Positions 48,036-58,122 are shown, numbered from the stretch's first letter. The stretch: DNA of 64,000 nucleotides from Planctomycetota bacterium (GCA_016200135.1 JACQFI010000048.1:5151-69150); one strand, 5' to 3'. Notes: generated from the sequence alone by a model not told the origin. Program-made: numbers and translations.

Positions 48036-49946
48036 TTACACCTTGACCGGCTGCTGCCATTCTTTTTCCGGCGAGGGGTAGCCTTCGAGGAGGCCGGCGA
48101 GTTCGTCCAGGCGGCGGATGCCATACGCCAGGTTGGAGTTCAGGTACTCTTCGGCGCTGGCCTGATTGCTGATCTTAGCGCAGCAGGCGCGGAATGCCTG
48201 GTTCAGTTCGGGGATCTTGACCTTGAGATCCTCCACGCGCCAATACAAGCGCCCCGCGTGGAACGGGTCGGACTGGCCCGACTGCAGGTGGTCGTAGTCG
48301 GCGGCGCAGGCCTGTTCGAACATGCGCAGGTAGTAGTTGAATGCGCCCATGCGGCACCAAGCGTCGACGAACTCGATGGTCTCGCGGTTGCGCGTGCAGG
48401 CCGGGTACGCCTGCTGGATCACCTCGCGGGCCTCGCGGGGATAGTCGCGCACCATCAGGTCGTAGACGCCCCAAAGGCGCTGCTGCATGTTGGGATCGGA
48501 GACGCCGTGGAAGCGCGCGGAGAAGCGCTGCAGGAACTCTTCGCGGGTCGAGTTCTTTCGCCCGCTCCAGGTCCGTTCGGCGGCGTAAAGTGCGCCGGGC
48601 CAGGCGATCTCCGGCGGCCCGAGCAGCGGGCCGAGGGCGTACTCGCGGGTCCACGTGGTGGTCACGAGGCCCTCGATGTAGCCCATCTCGGCGGCCTCGG
48701 TCCAGGCGTCAATGTTGTCGAAACTCTCGTACTTCACCGAAGGCAGGCGCGAGGCCGCGCCCCAGATGCGGCGGCCGATCTGCTTGTAGCGGTCGAGGGC
48801 CGTCAGAATCTGCGGCGTGGCGCGTCCGCCCTGGCCGCTGTAGTTCCAGAAGCAGAGCGTCGCGTCGGGCGGCAGCCAGGCAATCTGCTGGTCGGTCATG
48901 TTGCGGAAGAGGTCGTCCCACAGCAGCACCGTGCGTTTGCGGGAATTCAGATAGCGGATGATCTTCCCGATGTACTCCAGATAGAGCGAGGCGCGCCCGC
49001 CGAGTTGCTTCGAGCGGTTCTTGCAGGCGGGGCAGACGCCCAGAAAACGCGCCTGGTCGCCGCCGATGTGGAAGTACGGGCTGGAATGCGCGGCGAGCAG
49101 GTCTTCGGCCATGGCGATGAAGATATCGGTGGTCGCGGGGTTGCTCGGGCAGGCCTGCTGAAGGTAGCGCGGGTCTTCGCGCAGTTCCTTGTACGGGTCG
49201 AGCTTGAGCATGTAGTTCAGGTTGCCGATACAGTGCTGCAACGGGACAAGCTGCACGCCGCGGTCCTGCGCGAACAGATCGAGCTCGGAGATGTAGTTGG
49301 GCGGGAAGGCGTCTTTCGACGAGAGCCCCGGCTGCGAATTGAAGGCGAAGTGGCGCTCGTATTCGAGAATCACAACGTTGATCTTGTACTCGCTGAGCAT
49401 GTCGATGGTGTGTTCGAGGTACTGCCGCGTAGGCGGCCAGCCGCGCAGGTCGAGATGGATGGCGCGGATCGGCAAGAGCGGGCCGTCTTCGAGTTCCAGG
49501 CCGGGCACTTCCTGGCCGTCTTCCAGCAACTGCCGCAAGGTCTGGCCCGCATAATAAAACCCCTTGTCGTCCGCGCCCTGAATCAGCGCGCCGTCGCTGG
49601 CCACGATCAAGCGGTAGCCTTCGGGCTTGGCGCAAAGACCGCGCAGGGGCTTGCAGGCCTGCTCCCACTTCTTGGTCACGGTCGGCGCTGACGTGAGCAC
49701 CGCCTGATGGCCGTGCAGACTCGTGGAGGCCGCGACTTGCACCCGCATCCCGCGCGAAGCGAACTGGTCGGCCAGGATCTTGGCCCGCCCGCGCGTGGTG
49801 GACTGGGCATCGCCGGCGACATGCAGGAATTGGCTGGGCAGCGCACGCAACGGTGCGCCACGGAAGCTGACGTGATGCGGATACGGGACGAGTTTCAGTT
49901 CGAGCTTGGCCTGAGCCTGGTCGCTGCCGAATCCGGCGATGCCCAT
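48036..49946 (-). CDS. Glycoside hydrolase family 20 (hexosaminidase-like)
   Basis: EGYRL, GQTLRQL, HLDL, FHIGGDQA (catalytic DE appears as DQ), LLWDD. Confidence 0.8.
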   Translation of the reverse strand: MGIAGFGSDQAQAKLELKLVPYPHHVSFRGAPLRALPSQFLHVAGDAQSTTRGRAKILADQFASRGMRVQVAASTSLHGHQAVLTSAPTVTKKWEQACKPLRGLCAKPEGYRLIVASDGALIQGADDKGFYYAGQTLRQLLEDGQEVPGLELEDGPLLPIRAIHLDLRGWPPTRQYLEHTIDMLSEYKINVVILEYERHFAFNSQPGLSSKDAFPPNYISELDLFAQDRGVQLVPLQHCIGNLNYMLKLDPYKELREDPRYLQQACPSNPATTDIFIAMAEDLLAAHSSPYFHIGGDQARFLGVCPACKNRSKQLGGRASLYLEYIGKIIRYLNSRKRTVLLWDDLFRNMTDQQIAWLPPDATLCFWNYSGQGGRATPQILTALDRYKQIGRRIWGAASRLPSVKYESFDNIDAWTEAAEMGYIEGLVTTTWTREYALGPLLGPPEIAWPGALYAAERTWSGRKNSTREEFLQRFSARFHGVSDPNMQQRLWGVYDLMVRDYPREAREVIQQAYPACTRNRETIEFVDAWCRMGAFNYYLRMFEQACAADYDHLQSGQSDPFHAGRLYWRVEDLKVKIPELNQAFRACCAKISNQASAEEYLNSNLAYGIRRLDELAGLLEGYPSPEKEWQQPVKV

Positions 49947-50033
49947 ATCCGCCCCACTCTCGACTGAGCCCCGAATCCGGCCTTCCCCAAGCTCTTTAAA
50001 GCGTGTCGGGCATACCAAATGCGTGTCACAACG

Positions 50034-51308
50034 TCAATGCATTGCAACGGGACCGGCAGTCTCCGCCGGCTTCTTATCCACGTTTCCACGAAACAGGCTC
50101 CGCACGAACACCACGCTCAGCACGACCGTCAGCCAGAACTCCGGGAGCCACGCGATCCCCCACCACGGCTCCGGGCGCCGGCGATGCCAGCGCTGCACGC
50201 TCTCGCCTTGCGTAATCAGGTCGCCGTTGCTCAGAAAGGTTGCGGGTTGGTAAAGGCCCCAAGCGCACAATTCCGCACCGATCTCCAGGTCCCAAAGCCG
50301 CAGCGGGTTGTTTCCGCCGCCGGTAACCGCGCGCATTCCGTCGGGTGAGAACGTCACATCGTCCGTCCAACTCTCGTTGCCGTTCAACCTCAATAGCAGC
50401 TTGCCCGTGCTTAGGTCCCAAAGGTATCCATAATTGTCTGCGCCAAAGGTGGCGACCCGCGTTTCGTCGGGCGAAAGCGCGTAGTGGTCGCCATTACCCG
50501 CGATCGTGCGATCCACCTCATCGGCATCGTCCTTCCATACATTGATGAGGATCGTCCTTGAATCCTTCACGGAGCTTGTGATCAACCCGGGACTCTTTCG
50601 CAGAAAATTCGCCGCGCGGATTCCCTCCGGGATGCACAGCACGCGCTCGGTCTCCGCGGTTGCCGCAGACCAGACGAACGCCACCTCGTTGCGGTCCACT
50701 GAAACCATCCACCGCCCGTCCAAGGACCATGAAACGCCGTACGGCTCGTCCGCGTGTTCTTTGAACGTGCACACCTCTGACCCGTCCTCCACCTTCCAGA
50801 CCCTAACTCCGTTGGCGCCAAAGCGCGTGGCAAGGCGCGTGCCGTCGGGTGAGAACGACAGGGCGCTCATGTCGCCGCGCTCGGTGCCAGCCTGGAGCGT
50901 GGACGCGATCTTTCCGGTGCGCAGATCCCACAAGTCGATGGTGCCCGACCATACATCCAAGCTCGCCAGCCAACGCCCGCCCGGCGAGATCTCCGTCCAG
51001 GGCGGATTGTTGTAGACCGGGCCGGCCAGTTCAGCTTGCACTTTGCCCGTCTCCATATCCCACACGGTCGCACTCTGTCCATCATGGAAGACGACCGCCA
51101 ACCTGCCGTCTTCTGAGACCTGCGAGGGCCACCGAATCATCATCACGGTGTCTTCAACGGCACTAAGGCTGGGACTTGGAATGGAGAGCACGAACTGCCA
51201 CGGGGCCCAATTCCAAACGAGCGCCGCGGCGCTTGCCGCAAGAAGCACGGCCGCCAGAAGCGTACCCAAGGTGAAGCGGAAACGGATGCGGGCGAAAAAC
51301 CTGGTCAT
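50034..51308 (-). CDS. Membrane-anchored WD40-repeat protein
   Basis: Multiple FSPDG...WD repeats; N- and C-terminal TM helices. Confidence 0.88.
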   Translation of the reverse strand: MTRFFARIRFRFTLGTLLAAVLLAASAAALVWNWAPWQFVLSIPSPSLSAVEDTVMMIRWPSQVSEDGRLAVVFHDGQSATVWDMETGKVQAELAGPVYNNPPWTEISPGGRWLASLDVWSGTIDLWDLRTGKIASTLQAGTERGDMSALSFSPDGTRLATRFGANGVRVWKVEDGSEVCTFKEHADEPYGVSWSLDGRWMVSVDRNEVAFVWSAATAETERVLCIPEGIRAANFLRKSPGLITSSVKDSRTILINVWKDDADEVDRTIAGNGDHYALSPDETRVATFGADNYGYLWDLSTGKLLLRLNGNESWTDDVTFSPDGMRAVTGGGNNPLRLWDLEIGAELCAWGLYQPATFLSNGDLITQGESVQRWHRRRPEPWWGIAWLPEFWLTVVLSVVFVRSLFRGNVDKKPAETAGPVAMH

Positions 51309-51500
51309 GCTGAACCTGTCTCGCCCCATTGCCACAAGGGTATGAATCTTTGGCTGTAACTGCCTCAATATTTAACCCGCGCCACATGGCAGGAAAACGC
51401 ATTCCTGAAGTTCCTGTTCCTTTTCTTGCCAAGTGCCGCCTTTTTCGATACAGCATGGCTGCCTATTTCGATCCCATAGCCCAATCCACGGAGGAAAACC

Positions 51501-52526
51501 ATGAAGCGCTTTGTTGCCGTTGCCCTTCTCCTTACGGCCAGCCGGTTCGCCCTGGCGCTCACTACGGCCGAGGAGCCCAAGCCCGCCGACGCGCCTGCCG
51601 CCGCCGACCTGCCGACGCTCACGCAGGAGGCGGCCGAACAGATCGTCGCAGCTGCCAAGGCCAAGGCGGGAGAGCTCGAGAGCCCCATCTACAAGCCCGC
51701 CAAGACCAAGATGCACGTCTATGTGCTCGGGCGCGAAGGCACGCTGCTGGCCTCCACCCAGGCCAACGGCGCTTGGCCCGGCAGCGCGGATATCGCCCAG
51801 CGCAAGGCGCGGACCGCCTGGTTCTTCAAGCTCCCCACGCGCACCATCGGCGAACTCTCCCGCACCGACAAGGCAGCCAAGGGCCCGCTCTACGGCATCG
51901 AAGTGAGCAACGGCGCGCTGATCACGTTCCCCGGCGGGCTGCCGATCTTCAATGAAGGTGGCGCGCTGGTGGGCGCCATCGGCGTCAGCGGCGATACGGT
52001 GGACATGGACGAGGAGGTCGCGAAGGCCGGCGTCGCGAAGGCGAAGGAACTCGGCGAGAAGGGCCTCGGCAAGGTCCCCACGCTCACGCAGGCAGGCGCG
52101 GCCGGAATCCTGCACGCGGCCATCAAGAAGGCCGCCGCGACCGATAGCGACGTCTACACCGGCAAGAAGACCAAGATGCACATCTACGTGCTCGGGCGCG
52201 AAGGCACGGTCCTCGCGGCCTCGCAGGCCGACGACGCCTGGCCTGGCAGTGCCGACATCGCCCAGCGCAAGGCACGGACCGCATGGCTCTTCAAACTGCC
52301 CACCGGCACCATCGGCGACCTCTCGCGGCTCGATAAGGAAGCCAAGGCGCCGCTTTACGGCATCGAACTCAGCAACACCGGCCTGATCACGTTCCCCGGC
52401 GGCCTGCCGATCATGGACGAGAAGGGCGAACTGGTTGGCGCGATCGGCGTCAGCGGCGACAGCGTCGGGAAGGACCACGAAGTCGCGCAGGCGGGTGTGG
52501 ATGCGTTCAAGGCCCAGAAAAAGTAG
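51501..52526 (+). CDS. Secreted tandem GlcG/HbpS-family heme-binding protein
   Basis: Two copies of SADIAQRKARTA...FPGGLPI...GAIGVSG; signal peptide; RBS GGAGG. Confidence 0.88.
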   Translation: MKRFVAVALLLTASRFALALTTAEEPKPADAPAAADLPTLTQEAAEQIVAAAKAKAGELESPIYKPAKTKMHVYVLGREGTLLASTQANGAWPGSADIAQRKARTAWFFKLPTRTIGELSRTDKAAKGPLYGIEVSNGALITFPGGLPIFNEGGALVGAIGVSGDTVDMDEEVAKAGVAKAKELGEKGLGKVPTLTQAGAAGILHAAIKKAAATDSDVYTGKKTKMHIYVLGREGTVLAASQADDAWPGSADIAQRKARTAWLFKLPTGTIGDLSRLDKEAKAPLYGIELSNTGLITFPGGLPIMDEKGELVGAIGVSGDSVGKDHEVAQAGVDAFKAQKK

Positions 52527-52557
52527 GATTCAGGCATCAGGCTTTAAGATTCTGGGA

Positions 52558-52587
52558 AAGCCAGGGGCCGCAAGCCCCTGGCTTTTC
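52558..52587 (+). terminator. Intrinsic terminator
   Basis: AAGCCAGGGGC-CGCAA-GCCCCTGGCTTTT. Confidence 0.8.
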
Positions 52588-52722
52588 TGTAGGCGGAAGG
52601 AGTCTCGTCATGCGCTGGCTCGACGCGAACCGGACGTTCTTCAACGAACACTCGACCGTTGGGAAGCATCGGCGGGACGCTTGTGCCAGGTTCTCTTGCC
52701 GCGCCTACCGTGTCACGGGACT

Positions 52723-53592
52723 CTACGGCGCCAGCTCTAGGCGCTCCGGCACGTCGTCCAAGTTCACGCTCGCGATATTCGCCCACTTCCACGCCTTGTC
52801 GTCCGGCCCGCCCTCCTGCGAGAAGCGGTGGCGCCACTTCTGTTTGAACTTCAGCCCGTTCTTCACCGTCAGGTACGGATAGTTGATCGTGCCGGTGCGC
52901 CCGGTCGTCACGTTCTCGAAGTGGTACATCTCGATGGACGGCTCGTAGCGGCAGCGGTAGCCGAGTTCGCGGATGCGGTAGCAGTAGTCGATGTCCTCGA
53001 ACTGCACCGGCGAGAAGCGTTCGTCCAAGGTGCCGGTCTCCTGCGCGATCTGCGCGGGCATCATCCAGCACGCGCTGATCAGCGACTGGCAGTCGCGCGG
53101 CGCGTTCCAGCGGGGCTCCGCGCGCGTAGCCCCGCGGCCCTCGAAGATCACCTGCCCGCCGGGCGTCACGGCGCAGCCCGCGCACTGGATGTCGTGCGGC
53201 GGATTCGGATAGAGCAGCTTCGGGCTCACCGCGCCGATCTGGGAATCGCCTTGCAGCACGCCGCGGAGCTTCTCCAGCCACGAGCGCGTCCGCACCACCG
53301 CGTCGTTATCCAGCAGCACCCAGTAGTCGCCCTTGAGCAGTTCCATGCCGCGGTTGCGGCCCACGATCGCGCCCATGTTCTGGGGCAGCAGCAGGATCTC
53401 TACGTCGAGCCCCTCTTCCGCGCCGCGCCGCCGGAACTCCTCGAACGTCCGCTCGGTGCCGTCGGTCGAGCCGTTATTCACGAGCACCACCTTGAACGGC
53501 CGCAGCGTCGATTGCAGCAGCCCCGCCAGGCAGCGCCGGGTGTACTCGGCCTTGTTATGCGCCAGAATCAGGATGGAAACGGAATCGCCCAT
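52723..53592 (-). CDS. Glycosyltransferase family 2
   Basis: VSILIL.HN, VNNGSTDGT, LDND, FEDIDYCYR motifs. Confidence 0.9.
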   Translation of the reverse strand: MGDSVSILILAHNKAEYTRRCLAGLLQSTLRPFKVVLVNNGSTDGTERTFEEFRRRGAEEGLDVEILLLPQNMGAIVGRNRGMELLKGDYWVLLDNDAVVRTRSWLEKLRGVLQGDSQIGAVSPKLLYPNPPHDIQCAGCAVTPGGQVIFEGRGATRAEPRWNAPRDCQSLISACWMMPAQIAQETGTLDERFSPVQFEDIDYCYRIRELGYRCRYEPSIEMYHFENVTTGRTGTINYPYLTVKNGLKFKQKWRHRFSQEGGPDDKAWKWANIASVNLDDVPERLELAP

Positions 53593-53783
53593 GCCCGCAA
53601 GTTATCCGCGCTCCCTTCGCCGCCGTCCAGTCCCGGAGCCGCGGGTCCCTCAAGTTTCGATACGCAATGCGAAGAAAGGGTAAACCACGGTTCAGGGTTC
53701 GTGGTTCAGGATTTGTGGTCGACTCCACCCTAACTCCAATTTGCAATTTTTGCTCTGTTGAAAACCCGCGGCCGCAGCGGAAA

Positions 53784-53873
53784 TTCCCCCCCCCTTAGGT
53801 AAGGGGGGATACAGGGGGGTAACCCCTTCGCGGCCTTAACCTCCCCTTACCCCTCCTTACATAAGGAGGGGAT
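53784..53873. repeat. Inverted pair of C/G-run palindromic (REP-like) units
   Basis: CCCCCCCCTTAGGTAAGGGGGGATACAGGGGGG and CCTCCCCTTACCCCTCCTTACATAAGGAGGGGA. Confidence 0.7.
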
Positions 53874-54000
53874 TTCAACAGAGCATGCAATTTTCATTTT
53901 GCAATTCTCAAATTGCCATGTCGTTAGCCTCGCGAATTGCATTCTGCCCTTTTTCAGCCTATTGTATTGCCCGTGCGTTCGGCCTAAGAGGGTCGCGGCG

Positions 54001-56544
54001 TTGGCGATTATCGTCCACTGCAAAAACTGCGGCAAGAAGAACCGCGCCTCGGACGCCGCGGCGGGCAAACTGGGCCGCTGCGCCGGCTGCGGGCAGACCA
54101 TGCGCATCCCGGCCGCGGCGGCGGAAGAAGGCATCTCCGACGATTTTCAGGACGCGCCCACGCCGCCGCCCGCGCCGGCCATCGAACGCGCGCCACAGTC
54201 CGCGCGTAAAGCCGCCGCTTCGCCCGCGCGCGCAAAGGCGTCGCCGGCAAGCGCCCGCAACGCGCCTGTAGCCTCGACTAATGCATCCACGCCCATGCGT
54301 GGCGTTCCGTCCGCCTCCGCCAAAGCGCCTGCCGCTTCCGCGAAGACCCGCACGCCCAAGGCCAAACCCAAACGAGGCCGCCCGTTCGTGCTGCTGGCGG
54401 CCGGCGCGGCGGCGCTCCTGGTTGCGGGCGGCGTGTACTTCGTCTTCTTTCGCCACAAGATCACGCTGCAGAAGCCGGCGCAGCTCGAGGACTTCTCCGA
54501 CGAGCCATCCTCCGGCACTCCCACGCACCGCCCCGCCGTCGCGCCGCCGCCCGCGCCCGGCCCCGCCAGCGTCGCGCAAGCACCGCTGAAGACGCCGCCT
54601 GCGACACCGGGCTCCGAAGCCAAGACCGCGGCAGAGACCAAGAGCGCGTCCGATCCCGCACTTTCTCCAGCGGAGAGCGAGAAAGAGAAGACCGTCGCGC
54701 CGCCGCCGTCCGAGAGCGAAAAGACCACTATTGCCGAGACGCCCAAGCCACCCTCCGAAACCGAGAAGACCGCGGCGGAGACGGCTCCGCCGCCCGACGA
54801 GACCGGCCCGTTCGTGAACGACAAACCGGGCCTGCTCTTCCAGCCGCCCGAAGGAACGACGTTGAGCGTGCGCCTCGATTTCTTCTGGCCCAACGACGGC
54901 AAAATTCCCGACGCGCAATACTTTGCAGTTGGCGCGGAGCGCGACCGGCGCTTCCCGTGGTCGGAGATTCTCCTGGTTGACGCGCGCCCCAACGCCGCGA
55001 ACGGAGCCAACAGCAAGATTCAGATCCGCGCCAAGGTCCGCGGGCTCAAGGCGCTCATCGAGAAGGGCGACCCGCACGCCGACCGCTTTCCCGTGCGCAT
55101 CTACCGAACCTTTATGAATGACCTCGACGACGGCGAAGAGATTTACGCCAACGCGCTCGCGAAACTTCACGGCGCCGCGCCAAAGGACAGCGCGGGAAAG
55201 GTGAAGGAGCCCGACGGCCGCCGCCTAGTCCTCAAGCGCATCAAAGAACTCGCCGGCGAGGACGCCGTCTTCGTCTCCGGCGTCATCGACATCGGCGCCG
55301 ACAAGGACCTCAACCCGATGAAGAGCGCCCAGCCGCCGCCGCCGTCCTTCGCGGCCTCCGACGGCGACGTCTACTACACGCAGATGCACGCGGCGGTGGG
55401 CGACGAAGAGCCCGACGCGTGGGCCTTCGGGCAGGCCATGAAGGCGCTCGGCTTCGTCAGCGCCGGCGTCGCGCATCCGAACTCGAAGCGCTTCGCGCCC
55501 GAAGTCCGCGGCGCGCAAGCGTACCAGTTCTCGCTCTCGGTGAAGGAACTCTTGAACCTCCGTACCTCCGAATCATGGGAAGACCTGAGCGATCCGGCGG
55601 CCATCGAACAGACGCGCAAACTGCTCACGCCTGGGTTCGTCGCCGGCTTGCGCGAACGTCTGAAGAACATGGGCGCTTCAAAGGTCGCCGGCCGGCCCGT
55701 CACCAACGGCGCGTTCCTCGTCTCCACCGGAGTGCAAAAACTCGTCGTCACCGCCATGGGCGCCAATAAGCCCGGCGAGACCGCGTGGCGCTTCCCCGGC
55801 GTCGTGCACGTCACCGACGGCTGGATGGACCAGTGCCTGGTCCGCGCGCCCGCCTCCATTTACTTCTACAGCGGCCACGGCTGGAACGTCAGCAACAACG
55901 GCAAGGCGTACGCGCTGATCAATCTCTATCCCAAGGACAATCTCGCCGCGTTCCACGACGAGACGTTCTGTATGTACGTAGCCTCGTATCTGCCCGGCAA
56001 CCGCTGGTTGGACGACACGCCCGCGCTCGAGGAGAACAAGGTCATCCTCTCCGAAAAGTGGAAGAAGGACGAACTGCGCCTGCAGTGGCTCTTTCTCGTC
56101 GGCTGCGACGTCCTGCAAGCCGACGGCGATCCGTTCCGCAAATGGGACAGCAACTGCGGCACCTTCGGGACGCTGGCGCTCAAGCAGTTGGGACTTAAAG
56201 GCGTCGTCGGTTTCTCCGAGCACGGCTTCACCAGCGCCTCGCTGCTGAAGCGCTTCGCCGAACGCGCCGCGACCACGGGCATCGCGACGGAATGGATGCG
56301 CGTCTTCCGCGACACCGAAGCCCGCGCGTACACGTGGTACGAGACCAACGAGTCCTTCGGCCGCTCGAAGCTGTACACGTACCAGGACCTGTTAAAGAAG
56401 GTGCCCGCCTACCTGATCCGCCGCGAGAACCTCGGCGACAAGCTCACGCCCGAGTCGCTCCAACTTCCGGTTGGCAAAGACACGTTGGAGTTCTACGAAC
56501 TGAAAGACGCCGCCAACCGCAAGACCGGCGTGATGAGTGAGTGA
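54001..56544 (+). CDS. Zn-ribbon + TM + Pro-rich linker protein with C-terminal putative clan CD (DUF6345-like) peptidase domain
   Basis: CKNC...CAGC, TM helix, YFYSGHG and WLFLVGCDVL motifs; TTG start chosen. Confidence 0.7.
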   Translation: MAIIVHCKNCGKKNRASDAAAGKLGRCAGCGQTMRIPAAAAEEGISDDFQDAPTPPPAPAIERAPQSARKAAASPARAKASPASARNAPVASTNASTPMRGVPSASAKAPAASAKTRTPKAKPKRGRPFVLLAAGAAALLVAGGVYFVFFRHKITLQKPAQLEDFSDEPSSGTPTHRPAVAPPPAPGPASVAQAPLKTPPATPGSEAKTAAETKSASDPALSPAESEKEKTVAPPPSESEKTTIAETPKPPSETEKTAAETAPPPDETGPFVNDKPGLLFQPPEGTTLSVRLDFFWPNDGKIPDAQYFAVGAERDRRFPWSEILLVDARPNAANGANSKIQIRAKVRGLKALIEKGDPHADRFPVRIYRTFMNDLDDGEEIYANALAKLHGAAPKDSAGKVKEPDGRRLVLKRIKELAGEDAVFVSGVIDIGADKDLNPMKSAQPPPPSFAASDGDVYYTQMHAAVGDEEPDAWAFGQAMKALGFVSAGVAHPNSKRFAPEVRGAQAYQFSLSVKELLNLRTSESWEDLSDPAAIEQTRKLLTPGFVAGLRERLKNMGASKVAGRPVTNGAFLVSTGVQKLVVTAMGANKPGETAWRFPGVVHVTDGWMDQCLVRAPASIYFYSGHGWNVSNNGKAYALINLYPKDNLAAFHDETFCMYVASYLPGNRWLDDTPALEENKVILSEKWKKDELRLQWLFLVGCDVLQADGDPFRKWDSNCGTFGTLALKQLGLKGVVGFSEHGFTSASLLKRFAERAATTGIATEWMRVFRDTEARAYTWYETNESFGRSKLYTYQDLLKKVPAYLIRRENLGDKLTPESLQLPVGKDTLEFYELKDAANRKTGVMSE

Positions 56545-56597
56545 AGAACATTAAAAGAATGAGCCGCCAAGACGCCAAGAATTGCGGCCGGTGAAAA

Positions 56598-57554
56598 ATG
56601 TTAAGCAAACGATTCCGCTTCAAAATCCACCTTTCGACCCTGATCATTTTAGTAATTGCAGCAGGGGCTATCCTGTGGCCCAACGTACTCAGGCGAGGGC
56701 CGTATTATGTGGACATAGGGGAAGCATCCCAATTCTATAAAGTAAAAGAAGTCGGATGGCCCAAGGTATACAAAGACTGGATTGTCATTCCAAAACCCAA
56801 GCCACCACCAGAGCCTGCAAAATTCACAGGCGAAATTGCTGGTGATAGCCTTGGACCCAACGTAGCAAGCGGTCCGGCCTCACTTGGATATTGGCCGGTT
56901 ATGCTCATTAATTATGCAGTCGCTTTGTTAGTCCTCGTGGTGATCGCCGTAGGTTGTGAGTATTCTCAAAAGCTGTGGCACTTAGAAAATCGAGTAAGGT
57001 CGATGCTGGTGGTTCTGGCTGGTGCGATGATATTCCTAATCTTTATCAGGCAGATTTGGCCGCATGGGAACTCAATTGGAATTTTTGCCTATGACAGCAA
57101 AGGCGAGTTGCTCAGCCTGGCCAAAGTTCCTGAACGAGAACCTTTGGAGGTGTTGAATCAGGAGGTATTGAGAGTGCTGCAACCGTTCGATCACGATATT
57201 CCCGATCAGAATAGCGTCAATTTTCGGGTTGCCGAGGTCATATCCGATTTCCATATTGCGAAAACCAAAACTTCGGAATTTGGGAAATTGATTGATGAGA
57301 ATGATCTGCGGTTGATTGCAAGTCAGTATAGAGTTCGGAGGGAAGGGCCTCAGTTCTATGCGGAAACGAGAGACGCTTGCGCTCAAGATTGGAGCATTCT
57401 TTCGACTTCAATGAATATCGAGGACGCTTGGAAAGCACTCGCTCATGCCATTGCTAAAGAAGTAGTGGATGCTTTGACGTTTCGCAAGAATGGCCCAACC
57501 AGCGGTGATTCAGACAAGAAGTATAGGAGTCGATACGTACGAGAACCGCAGTAA
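56598..57554 (+). CDS. Low-GC membrane protein with RFxIHLSTL / GWP module
   Basis: Intact 318-aa ORF, three TM helices. Confidence 0.7.
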   Translation: MLSKRFRFKIHLSTLIILVIAAGAILWPNVLRRGPYYVDIGEASQFYKVKEVGWPKVYKDWIVIPKPKPPPEPAKFTGEIAGDSLGPNVASGPASLGYWPVMLINYAVALLVLVVIAVGCEYSQKLWHLENRVRSMLVVLAGAMIFLIFIRQIWPHGNSIGIFAYDSKGELLSLAKVPEREPLEVLNQEVLRVLQPFDHDIPDQNSVNFRVAEVISDFHIAKTKTSEFGKLIDENDLRLIASQYRVRREGPQFYAETRDACAQDWSILSTSMNIEDAWKALAHAIAKEVVDALTFRKNGPTSGDSDKKYRSRYVREPQ

Positions 57555-57573
57555 TTAAAGGCGACGCCCACTC

Positions 57574-58026
57574 ATGACGGTCTTCGTCGATGCCGATGCC
57601 TGCCCGGCCAAGGACGAGATCCTCCTCGTCTGCAAACGCCACGGCGTCGTCCCGGTCTTCGTGGCCAACGCGCCGATCGCGGCCATCGCTTCGCGAACCG
57701 ACGCGCGCATGGAAGTGGTGACGGGCGACTTCGACGCCGCGGATAACTGGATGATCGAGCAGGCCGCCGCGGGCGATATGATCCTCACCGCCGACCTGCT
57801 GCTGGCGCAGCGCGCCGTCCGCAAGGACGTCGCGGCTATGAACTTCTCCGGCCAGCACCTTACCGACGAGATCATTCACGACCTGGTCGCGCGCCGCGAA
57901 GTGCAGCAGAAGCTGCGCGAGATGAGCCTCCCCAGCCACCGCCCCGCACCCTACGCCAAAGAGAGCCGCTCGCAGTTGAAGGCGTCGCTGCACCAATGGC
58001 TGGAAGCACGCAAGCGGCGCGGATGA
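57574..58026 (+). CDS. YaiI/YqxD (DUF188) family protein
   Basis: VDADACP, DAADNW, GDMILTADLLLA motifs. Confidence 0.9.
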   Translation: MTVFVDADACPAKDEILLVCKRHGVVPVFVANAPIAAIASRTDARMEVVTGDFDAADNWMIEQAAAGDMILTADLLLAQRAVRKDVAAMNFSGQHLTDEIIHDLVARREVQQKLREMSLPSHRPAPYAKESRSQLKASLHQWLEARKRRG

Positions 58027-58122
58027 TGGGCTGCGGGTCTCGCCACAAATAGATTCAAAGCGTAGCGAGCGTCACGACACGCTATGCCGTACATACGACG
58101 GAAGCGTCGCTACCCTTGTCCC

